Origin: Chrysomallon squamiferum
Lineage: Eukaryota; Animalia; Mollusca
Assembly (NCBI GenBank): GCA_012295275.1
Contig: CM022669.1
Location: 15,066,001 to 15,130,000 of the forward strand
Direction of reading: 5' to 3'
DNA: 64,000 nt
The notes under the pieces were generated by a model, which did no database searches, was not told the DNA's origin, and saw only the letters and a list, made by a program, of their open reading frames with translations. The translations under genes and the position numbers were made by a program. How positions within the stretch are numbered: position 1 is the stretch's first letter; every line of letters begins with the position of its first letter. Positions 51,446-64,000 of this stretch are shown piece after piece.

Positions 51446-54400
51446 TGGTGTGGGTGGGTGTTTGTGGGTGTGTACGTGAGTGTGTGTGTGTGTGTGTGTA
51501 TTTGTGGGGGTGTGCTTGGTTGTGTGATTGTGCGTGTGAGTGTATCAATGTATTTATGTATGTATGTATGTATGTTTATGTATGTATGTATTATGTATTT
51601 ATGTATTTATATATTTATGTATGTATGTATGTATGTATGTATGTATGTATGTATGTATGTATGTATGTATGTATGTATGTATGTATGTGTGCTTAGGTCT
51701 CTCTGTGTTGAAGGTTATAATACGTACATTCATATTTACGAATAGGCATATTTTAAAGAACATCGATACGATTACAATATTTTTAGAGTTAGCCACGGAA
51801 AAACAACAGTTTCAACGTAACCCCCCCCCCCAAACAAAACAAAAATAATATTATACAGACACACACAGAAACGCAAACACATAGTCACTGAAATTCACAC
51901 ACATTACTTAAACAGGTGAAACATCAAACAAAGGATTAAACGTGCCGCAACCACAGCAGCAACAACTCTTAGTCTGAACTTCAATTAGACCGTTGTTCTA
52001 ACATCTTCTTTTATTTTTAAAAAACCTTAAAAACATTTCATACACCTCTTGGCAATTTCATCCGCTCGCGAAGACCTCTTGATCTGCAAGTTTGAAAATC
52101 CGCCACGTTCAATTCTCTGTAACTGCTGACAAAATTATATTCCATTCGCTGCTATTCCCAGTGGCACGCTTAGCTTCCTCTCAGTCCATTTAAGAAGTAC
52201 AAATCTCCTAGTATTCTATGATCCTATTGTCTCGGGTGTCTCTAGGGCAGGTTTAGCAAGCAAGTTAACCATTGCATCAGGTTCAGAGAGAGTTCTTTCT
52301 TTGATATCATTGCTCACGTATAAAATAATTTTTTTTCAAAAAATAATGACTGTACAGACGTGTCAGAACAGCAGAGTGTTGTTTATAGAAACTTGTAGAA
52401 GCTCTGCTCTCAGAAGAGCCCTAACGTCGAATGATGTTTTTTGGTTAATAAATTGATAACTGCAAGAGGACATTCTGGTATGATTTTATTTATTTATTTA
52501 TTTATTTGTTTGTTTATTTGGTTTTTTTTTTTATTTGTTTGTTTTGATTGTTTGTCTGTTTATTTATTTATTTTATTTATATTGTCATTTATGCTTTTAG
52601 AAAATGTTATGGAGATGGGTAACGTATGCACAATGCAACACTATGAGATATGCATACACGCTTATTACAATATGCACACACACTCAAATTTACACAAAGG
52701 CACTTGTGCTGATATAATTCAATGACTTATTAATGAAAGCCCGCGTATTGTCGCTGAACAGATAATAAAAAGAGGCAGTCTAGATTTAGAAGTAGAAGAA
52801 AAAAAAGAAGGTAAACAAAAGACCATCATATATTATTCTATCCAAATTCACAAGCAATTGTAAATTCGTGAGTAATGCATGCTCAAAGTAACTGATAAAT
52901 AAATGGAAATACACGTATATAGAAACATATATAAATACACATACGTTCATGCATACTAATAGGTGGATACGTAGGTAGTAGTAGTATTAGTAGTAGTAGT
53001 AGTAGTAATAATAATAATAATAATAATAATAATGATAATAATGTTAATATATATATATATGAATATCTGTTTATGCACACAGTAGTATAGACGTACATCT
53101 ATACTTACATACAAACATACATACATTCACATACACATATATAGATACCTATATATATATGTACACACATATACACGCAGATAATCAAAAATACACCCAG
53201 GCACGTTTGCACGTATATGCTCATATTTCATATAAACACACAATACGTGCTACACAGAGTATATTTTTAACGAGTTATGTTAAAACTGAAATAACTTTTC
53301 GTCTCGCGGATCTGAACACGAATCAATCATTTAAGGAAACGAACCGCTCAGACTACTTTCTGATTTCCCACGGGTGGCGGTAATGTTATCAGTTGTCTTT
53401 CCAGTTAGTGAGGCACTTGGACACCGCTAGACTCTGTGACAATACGTCTTAATGGCCATCTAGATCTGTCTATAAAGTCAAGAATCAATTTAGGATTCTT
53501 TCCCCCTGCTCTTCTGTCTTTTTTTTTTCCCAACGTCATAACGATCGCGGAATAGCAGCGAATATGACGCTGGTTTTGGTGCGTTCGTACGGAGAACCAG
53601 TCAAAGTCGAGAATTTAGGTCGACGTAATATATAAATGAAATGAATTGTCTGTCTTTCCGACGTTCTGTCAGGATGCAACGTATAGTTTTGATCGATAAC
53701 GGTAACGTAAGAAAGTTAATATTTATTTAGTAAGGAGAATGTCGTTTTTATTAACCGAAATTGGGGTTTCTGAAGTAAAGATGTCATCTGTTTATAAAAA
53801 TATCTTATCAGAGACAGGACGACATATGACAAGGGATTTCAAAAGGAAGAAAACTAACAAGATGTGGTGTCCGTCGCGTTTTGGGAATATGTATGTCGCA
53901 GATATGTTTATTAAATATGTGCAAAAATAAAACCATCTTTCTGAATAAATATAAAATCAATGCTATAGTCGCTATCTTTGGCGAATACAAATATGTATAT
54001 ATGTATGTGTGTCTGTATAAAAATGTAAAAATGTTTGTGTAAATAATACTTCTACTTGTTTTGTCTTGGTTCTCTTTTCTACCTTTCCTTGTTTTTGTTC
54101 CTGTTATAAATGTTAATATTATTATTACTGAATCACATATTACATCATATTACTATATATATGTTGTTTGATAACAGTATTGTCTTTATTGGTAAAAGCA
54201 GTTCTTAATATTATTAGTAAAAACAACCAATTTATCAGTATCGATATTTTTTCATTACTATCTTACCGTACTTCAGAATATAGTAGTAAATGAGAAACAA
54301 ATTACTTGAATCTCGCTTACAGATCAGGCCAGTTACAAATACTCTGGTGTTTCAAGATCTAAAATATGTTCTGAAAGTTGTTTGTCATAATATTTACAGA

Positions 54401-54513
54401 ACAGCACACGAGTGTTAGAACTGGATACTGCTAACGTACATACCAAACTAACCAGAATAATCACACATTTTCAGTTCAAGACCACACACAGTTGAAAGGA
54501 AATTTGTGGATAG

Positions 54514-54690
<177 letters not shown>

Positions 54691-56377
54691 CGTACATACA
54701 TATAAATATACATTTAAAACTTACTTTTCTTTTCACACACCAGAATTATTTCGTTCCCGTATGACGATGACGTCATACAATTGTTTACGTCATAAAATTA
54801 TTCGTAGTCGTAGACATAACGCGTTATGTAATATGAATTGCATTTATAGCTGTTTATAGCTGTAACTCTGAGATAATAAAGTTTTTTTTTTTAATTTTCG
54901 AGAATCGCAGAATAATTTATATTTGCAAAACCCTTAATGTAATTATGGCCATACTAAACATTATTTATTTATTTATTTATTTATTTATTATTTATTTATT
55001 TATTTGTTGTTGTCGTTACAATTGTTTATTATTGTTGCTTGCTGTTACTTGTGTTATAGCTTTTATTCCTAGGATTAAATTAAGTATCTTAAGTGAGAAT
55101 AAAATAAAATAAAAATAAAAAGTATTCTCTCTGTCATTTAATAACAATAACAACAATTAACAATTATTCATTTTTCTATGAGTGGCAATTCGAGACGGTA
55201 TATACCATAATAATGAAGGATCATATGAAATTATTTACTCTCTGATTAACACTACAAAGTTGTTGTTCAGGACATTACATTCCACGATGTTTTATAAATC
55301 TGAAATATTTCAAATTACTTACTGTTCACTTTGCAGCTGAGCAAATACCACGATATTTTACTTTAAAAAGAAAAAATAAGGTATAATTAAAATTATTTAC
55401 TTTATTTTTTTTTTTGTCTAAAAATATTAAAATTACTCGTTCATACCAGGATGTATAATTTTAATAAAACACTGAAGAGTTTTTCGAAATTATTTACCAT
55501 CTTCTTTGCGGCTCACATTAATAATCTGCCACTAAGTACATTTTTAGTCTTTCTCGAGCTCAATCTGGTTTCGGGCGCGCTTTCCACTTCTGTATTAACA
55601 TACATATGTGTGTGTGTGACCATTTTGGTGTTGTCTGGCAATCTTGGAGCTGGTGTTCTAAGTCTGGATTAATGTGTAATATTATTGTGATGTGTGGTCA
55701 GTTCTTTGGTAATTGCTTCATAAATCTTTAATGGTGGCTTCTTCCGTGGCGAGTACAATCTTGATTTCAGTCGTGTTTCTCTTCCCGAGAATTAGTTCAG
55801 TAGGCTTTTTGTTGGTGACATACGTTATAATATAGAAGAAATACGTTTTGACAACGTAACGTAATGCAACATAATGTAATGCAACGTAATGTAAAATAAT
55901 GTAACGTAATGTCATTTAATATAATATAATGTAATATAATATAACATAATTTAATATAATAAAGAGACGAAAATAGAAGGGAGACAGAGTTTTATTATAT
56001 ATTTCTAAGTATTTTAATACAGTTGTTACCGGAACATTTAAGTACACTATGAACATTACCTCGCATTTACCGCGACTTTAAGTAGATCACATAGTGTAGT
56101 AGCGCATACGTCAGTAAAACTAATTATATCTTTCTCATATCACGTCCAGTGTTAGCCGCATGTTGCCAGAATAGCAGTGGGCAGACAGACAGAGCGATGG
56201 ACATATAGCGTGAAGACAGAGACAGAGATATGAAACAGAAACCTCACTTCAATATCTCCATAGCCTGCAGCCGTGGATTTTGTTTTTAATTTTATATTCA
56301 CTCACAGTGAGAAAATTACATACTACAGTATTTAATAAGCTAATTGTGGAATAATCTATTGAGAATAAAGCCCATGA

Positions 56378-56433
56378 AAGGGAGGGAGAGGGAGAGAGAG
56401 AGAGAGAGGGAGGGAGGGAGGGAGGGAGGGAGG

Positions 56434-56518
<85 letters not shown>

Positions 56519-56700
56519 AGGGAGAGAAAAAGAGAGAAAGACAGAGAGAGAATGAGAGACAGAGAAAGAGAGAGCGTGAGAGAGAGACAACAAGGATAAG
56601 AGGGAAAGGAAGAGAGAGAAAGAGGGATAGAAGGAAAGCAAGAGTGAGAGAGAAAGAAAATGAGAGAAAGACTAAGTGAGTGAGAGAGAGAGAGAAAAAA
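56378..56700. repeat. Polypurine tract: (GGGA)n, (GA)n and degenerate GA repeat
   Basis: Direct inspection. Confidence 0.9.
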
Positions 56701-58081
56701 ATCATTATCTTACCATTTTAGTTCAATTCTTTAACATTATTTAAGTTATTTATGGGTGTGAGATCAAATAAAACAACATATTTGTCAATTTGTAAACAGC
56801 ATTTGTACATACCACTAAAAACACGTTTCATTTCTCTATTCCCACAGCAGACCCCAAATAATGATAACACGTCGAAAAGCAGCCTTATATAAATATCACG
56901 TTGCGAGAGAGATTATCGAATAATGCAGAAATTCTGTTTTATCGGAAAACAGAGGGGTTTTTTTGCACGTTTTTTATCTGAAGATTTACATTTGTTCGTT
57001 GAAAAAAATCTATTCTGAACTCTAATATCAAAACAGTTTATGAACTGTGAAAGAACGTGAGACGTCAGCCTGTTTAATATCATCTTTTAAAATGTTTCAC
57101 TAGGGAAATTTCTAACGAACTTTAATCTTTTTTTTTTTTTCTTCTTCTTTCACGCTTTCTTTTTTTTTCTTCTCTCCTTTCTTTCTCTCTTTTAAGGTTT
57201 CGTGAAATGAATTTTCCCACTTCGTTTAGTTTTTCTTCTTATTCATTCCCTTTTCTTCTCTTTTTCCATTTCTAGAGGTTGATTTTTATTTTTATTTATT
57301 TTTATTTTTTTTTCCCCATTCTTTTTAATAGTTTCTACTTTCTTCGAGTTACGACTGTCGTAGTGTCACTGCTCAAATTATTCCGACACGTCCCAAGACG
57401 AAGCCACCGCAAATATACATGACAGACTGAATCGGTGCGTTAATTAAGTCGGATCTCGTGCTCGGGAAAAACTGTTTTATAGCCGCTTCAAAGATCAGTC
57501 TGTCAGGAATACGCCAATTCCGCTCTGCTTCACCGTGTTGCATAATCTTGTTTGTCAACTATTAAAAAAAGATGAAAGACGGGGAATGAAAAACAACAAG
57601 AAAATTCACGCTGTCGGTCGTGAGATGGGGGAGGTCTCCAGTGGTGTCGGGCAAAATCTTGGAAACATTATTGGCGTGTTTCGCGTGAAACTGACAGATC
57701 AATACGACGTTTTCACTGGCGGCAATGGCAATGAAAGCGAGTCGCTGTGGTAGCAGCATGCTTGCCACTGTGTACCAACAACAACACGCTCAGAGGGAGT
57801 TGCCGGAATTCGTAACAGTCAGGAAGAATCTTTGAGGTTGTTTTTTTTCAGAAAAGTTTTGTTAGAAGAATCAAATCCTTGTTCTTGGTTCTTTTTTCTT
57901 CTGTTTTTTTCTGTGATTTTTTTTTTTTTTTTTTTTTTCTCATTGGTTCCGGCTCGCCAATCTCTCCGCATTTTTTTTTTTTTTTTTTTTTTTTTAACTT
58001 TATCTCTGGATCTGTGAATGGCATTTGCTACATCAGAATTTTTGTAAAAAGAAAGAAAGAAAAAAAGTGTTAAGTCAAAGA

Positions 58082-58114
<33 letters not shown>

Positions 58115-58628
58115 AGATCGTTTGAACACGTGATGGTGGTGTTGTATTGGTGTAGGTTTCGTTTCAGAGCGATGGTGGTAGAGAGAGACCAGTGATTATG
58201 TTTGATTTGTTGAAATAACAGGTGAATCGGCGAAGAAAATATTGCTGCTCAGAGAAATCAGATCGCAGATTGGGATTTCACGCACAAAACAACTGAAAGA
58301 GCACATCGGAGAAAAGAAGAGAAACAAAAAACAAAGAAAAAAAAAAAGAAGAAATATGAAGAAGCGAAATGTGTTTTAAATGTAATTTTTTTCTTCTTCT
58401 TCTTCTTCATTTGAAACGAGTCCGCACCCGCTTTGATTGTGAGCGCACATTTTTGTTCTGCGGGGCTTGATAAGTGAGCCAGCACTGGACGTTCTTCTTT
58501 TTATCCAAGCTTTGCGAATACGTTTCATTTGCCGGTATGTATGTTTGCGGATTATTGTAACACCATGAAATGACTTGGATGAATGTCTTTAGCAGCTCAG
58601 AGTTCCAGATTAGGATTATTTATGGAAG

Positions 58629-58689
58629 ATGATCTATGCTTGGAGGATTACTGTGGTCATGGTGTTAATATATAAATTTTCTTCGGCAG
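58629..58689 (+). CDS. Probable first coding exon (signal peptide) of a gene extending beyond the window
   Basis: ATG in AAGATG context gives MIYAWRITVVMVLIYKFSSA plus 1 nt, then a strong donor CAG|GTAAGA (phase 1). It is preceded by ~1.3 kb of CpG-rich, 5'UTR-like sequence. No downstream exon was recognised. Confidence 0.5.
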
Positions 58690-58937
58690 GTAAGAATGTA
58701 TTAAATTATATAGATTTTAGAAATTTTAGTTTATATAAGAAGTTGTTTATGTCGTTGTTTAAGAGGTTTGCATCTTTTAAAATATTTGCATTAGTATTGA
58801 TATTATCTTTCTTTCCTTAAGTAATAAGTTCCTCCCGTTGTGGTTGCTTTATTTTAATACGTAATTTTTTTAATCTAATTTTTCTTAACTCATATTTTTT
58901 TCTTCCGAGTTACTTTTATACTTTAATATGTGTGTGT

Positions 58938-59019
<82 letters not shown>

Positions 59020-60709
59020 ATAATACACACAGATTATATTAATTGGCAGTATTTTGTAGGATGTAAAATGAAAATAAACTTAAAACGTTTTATGGTCTCT
59101 GTTAGACTTGATATAACTTGAAACGATATTTAACAATCCATGTCATTATAATATTATTTACAATGGAATGGGGCCTGGAACTGGTCCAGTTATTGAACTG
59201 TGTCATTTTTTATTTTTTTTTTATCTAATTATCTCACACTGACATTTAAACTGTTATTCAACTATCTGATATTATTGCATCAATTACTCAGTTTAATACG
59301 AGGTGGAAATGGAACTGGGGATATGTGTGACGAATTTCGGGTTGAGTAATTTAGAACATAATTACGTAACTTTGTTTAATTTATATTTAAAACAAATTTT
59401 GGAAGCAACGATCCAGTATAATTAGCAATGAGCGAAATTATTATGTCATGCAAATCTTATTTATTTCTTTAATATCTTTTTTTTTCTTTTTTTGTGTCTT
59501 TTTTTTGTTCTTCTTTCTTTCACTTATTTTTTTTTAATTTTAAAAAATTATTATTATTATTATTTTTTTTTTTGATTTCTGGATAACTTCTTTTATTCTT
59601 CATTTTGGTGAACTGTTAAAAAGTTCCTCATTCATATAATGCATACAGACACTTTAGCACCTGCTCTACATCATGTAATTATTATGAATGTAAAATAATA
59701 CACATATTATGTCAGCTGCATAATTTAAACTTCTAACTGACAACGAATATTATGGGAAACGAACAACTTTATTATTATTTTTTTTTTTTTAAAAGCACCA
59801 TTCTCTTTATAGCCAATTTAACATATAATTTATTATTTGTTTTCTTTTTCTTCTTATTATTATACTATTTGTACTCCACTAATCTTGGATGTTTTGCGAC
59901 ATGAATTATTTACTATCATGCTCTCATAATTATCATAATAAATGTTTTGTCACAAAGAACTTCATCGTTATAATAATATCTCTTCATCATCTTCGTTATT
60001 AAGTTTATTAATACCATCATCATAATTAGAAGTGTTGCTTTTTCACGATCTTTTGATTAATTAGTTTGTAAGTTGTTTCTTTGATTTCTTTTCTTTCTTT
60101 CTCCTTTTTTTTTTTTTTTATATCTTTCTTTCTTATATTTCTTTATTTTTCCTTCTTTCTTTCTTTTTATTTTATTTCGTCTGTCCGTTTACGTCATTCT
60201 ATAAAAGAAATGTCAAAGGCTTTTTTTCACATCGTTACTGAGCGGCACATACCACCTAATTACTTTAAACTTCAAAACATCAACCGCAATACCTTTACGT
60301 CCTTCCCTTCTTGTCAACCAATACAAAACTACGATCATTTAAAAAAACTGGTTTTCCTTTCTGCAAAATATCACATAACCGCGACACACGAAAGCGTGTG
60401 TGTGTGTGTGTGTGTTTGGCGGTTTGACGTCCAAGCTTTGACTGGTATCTTATTTGATAACGGAACGAGCAACTAACTGTTCCTCTGTTTGTGCAAAGTC
60501 TTAATAGGAGAGCGGGCGATTCGCTGTGTATTTGTTTAGTTATCTGATGCGACAGGTAGAGAGGCAGGGACGACGGTTTTCTTTTAACGTTACTGACTAG
60601 ACCGGGATTAAGATAAATAATAAGATTCAGTCAAAGCCAGAGGCGGGTCCTTGGTTTCTGTAGACGAGTGAGCGCAGTTGTTGTTGTGGATATAATCTTT
60701 GAAGATAAA

Positions 60710-60798
<89 letters not shown>

Positions 60799-61224
60799 TG
60801 ACGGTGAAAAATCGTCACATTCTCTAACCAACGACCTCTCCCTCTCTCCCGTGGCTCTCTCTCTCCCACGTGTTTATTTATTAAAGTCACTGTCTGGCAT
60901 CTTGTTTTCTTCTATCCCCGACAGAATGGACGGTAATCCTTTAAGTGATATTGAAGTTCTTAGTCTCTTTGTGTGGGTGGACAATTGAAAAACTGTTCAA
61001 GCATGCCTGACGTGTACAAATGTCTGACTTGTTCCGAGAGACCTTGTAAAAACGATTCTCTGGTTTATTTTATTTTATTTTATTGAATTAATTAAATTAT
61101 AGAAATTAACTGATTATGTGTTATTTAAGTTTAAAATAATGCCGCTACAACAATAACTACTACTACTGCTACTAGTGCTAGTACCATTGATACTACTTTT
61201 AACAAAAATAACAACAACAAAACA

Positions 61225-61420
<196 letters not shown>

Positions 61421-62171
61421 AGAATTCATGAAAAATTCCTAAATTACAGTTGAAAATAATAAATCAGAAAAATTAACTTTGCTTTCTTCATCTTTCTGTT
61501 GTCATCATTACCAGCTTCCTCATCATTACTAGAACCAGTGCAACTACTACTATCAGTACTTCCACTAATATCCAACTGCTTTATCTGTGTCTTCTACCAC
61601 AACTTGTAGTACCGTTATTACAACCACTTTTCTCTGTTACTACAAGTGGTATTATACAATAAGTATAGCTATTGGAGTTAAAAGCTTGCAATACAACCAA
61701 TGCTTGAAAAGTGAAGGCTGTAAGATTGATTGTCGTTGTAAATATTAATCTATAATCAATAACACCTGCTATAATAGATTCATAACGGTTTTATTTAATA
61801 CCTTTTATAATAATCCTAATAGCTGTACGGTGTTCTTCGGTGCTTATGCTGTTGTTAATAACAGTATTACCATTAACGAAAGCATAGTTGTAGATCTTGT
61901 AGTAAGCAATAGTCGGCAATAGTGGTATGTGATTTTTTCTGTATTCGTAAAGCTTTCTTTTTATCGATGATTTAAAATATGCTGGTTTTTTTTAATGGTG
62001 GAACTGATTAATAAAACATCTGTATTCTGAAATCATTATGAAATTTTTGCTGAAATATTTTTGCTTATTTTTGCCGTTGTTGTTGCAGTTACCGCTGCTA
62101 TACGTGTTAAGGTGTGAACTACGACGTTATTATTAATATCAGTGGTGCATATTTCCAAAAATTCATCTCTG

Positions 62172-62206
<35 letters not shown>

Positions 62207-62216
62207 TATATTTAAC

Positions 62217-62263
<47 letters not shown>

Positions 62264-64000
62264 TTAGAATAAAAATCAAACCAGGAAAACAACTTAAAAA
62301 ACTCACCAAAAAATCTAACAAATAACAAAACACCAACAAAAAATGAAACAAATAACAAAACACCAAAAAAAAAAAAAAAAAAATGGTTTTGTGTTATCAA
62401 AAAGACATTATTTTGGTTGGCTGTTTCTTTGACCGTTGCTTGTCTGTCTGTTTGTCTCTTTTTCTATATAGATAGAGCGATGATAAAAATATAGACAAAG
62501 AGACAACCAGACACTCAGATACACACGCAAATAGACAGACAGACAGACATACAGATACACAAATAGACAAACAAGAAGACAAGATAGACAACAGAAAGGT
62601 CGATCAATATGTCGTAGACGGACAGACAGAATGACAAACTGACAGAAACACACACTGACACGTTAGGAACAATATTTTAGTTTCCACAGTGTGTGCGACT
62701 GACGTACTTCACGACACTTGCAAGGAGCTGGGCTAATCGAACGTCTAATGATGTTATCAGCAGTTCGTCCTTGGCAAATCCCTGTGCGAAAAATCCAGGA
62801 ATGGTTAGCGGTAACCTCTATTTCCAGATGTAACCAAACTGGATTATATATAATTGCGAAACCGGGCGATTCCCAGATGATGCCGTAACAAGCCGAATAT
62901 TTGTGGTCATTTATGTGAAGAGCTTCCATAACCAAATTTCAGTTACTACCGGGCACCGAGTTTATGCATGTGATGTCAGTGTTAGAAATCATTTTTTAAT
63001 GTTCTGCAGTTATTATTATTATTATTATTATTGTTATTATCGTAAATATGTTCATCATCATCATCATCATTATTATTATTACTACTGCTACTGTTACTGC
63101 TACTACTACTGCTACTACTACTGCTATTACTACTGCTAGTACTATTATTATTATTATTAGTGTTGTTATTGTTTTAATTATTACAAAAAAGTTTACCACA
63201 CGTCATGACATATTAATGAAAATATATGTGTGTGTGTAAATAAATATATTTATATATTATTTGCCGTCTAATATGAATACCTTTCATTCAGTAGATCAAA
63301 TTAATACCGATTTTAGTGATATTTGATAAATGTTTTCTTTACCTCATTACCTTCTTTTAAATTGTTTCTCTCGTTAATTTTATATATTTTTTTATTTTTA
63401 ATTCCAAAATTAATGTGGTTTTTTTTGTTCCAAATTTATTATTTGTTCATATACACAGATTGAACGTAGAGATAAATCATAGTTTATCTTGGCATACACA
63501 CACACATAAAATATGTTATATGTATCTGAAAAAATAAAACATAAGACAAAATAAAAAAACAATAAAAAATAAAAATAAAATAAACATTTATAAAAACGGA
63601 AATCGTAAATTATTCGTAAAAAAATACCAAAACTGTGCGCAAAAAATAACCTGGATAAACTAATGTCCATGTTACATTAACTTGGTATATATCGGGTTTT
63701 TTCGCGTGTTATCGGAATAGCGGAAAATGCCGATATTTAAATAATAGTAACAACAACGACAATAATAATAATAATTCAGTTTGTTGTTGTTGTTTCTAAG
63801 TTATTTGGTTTATATTAGAATGTGAGCTCATTACCAAGTTGAAGGTTAAATGAAAAACCAACAAAGGGTACAATATTATTACACAAAAATTATATTTGAC
63901 ACATTAACAATAAATAGAAGAATACGTTATTTGCTCCGTTATTTTTTTTTTTTTCGTTTAACATCTGAAACAAAATCTGTTTTCATTTATGTTTTTGCAA

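Overview
AT-rich, microsatellite-dense animal genomic DNA. It is probably molluscan (gastropod-like), inferred from composition and repeat style and not proven. Almost all ORF-track entries are microsatellite noise. The real content, left to right: (1) a complete PRRC1 gene with 10 coding exons (+, CDS 11034-17706, about 373 aa) and a CpG-bearing, possibly bidirectional promoter near 9.8 kb. (2) An inverted duplication of about 8.7 kb (arms ~20965-24400 and ~26500-29685) carrying two tail-to-tail copies of an unannotated secreted prepropeptide (23089-23541 +; 27673-28134 -). Each precursor releases two short 6-Cys peptides with a C-x-CC-x(7-9)-CC-x2-C framework at KR sites. The copies share a promoter, non-coding first exon and poly(A) signal, plus a 342-bp nearly identical tract that suggests gene conversion. 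(3) A 17-exon GH2 beta-mannosidase (MANBA, +, 30692-43549) with two 1-nt homopolymer frameshifts, probably assembly errors, and a triplicated exon-4 donor. (4) A second inverted repeat pair with a 300-bp near-identical core (40119-40418 / 50807-51106). (5) About 20 kb of gene-poor DNA with GC/CpG-rich islands and a probable signal-peptide first exon (58629-58689) of a gene that continues beyond the window. The paired cysteine-rich peptide locus is the strongest candidate for an undescribed system.
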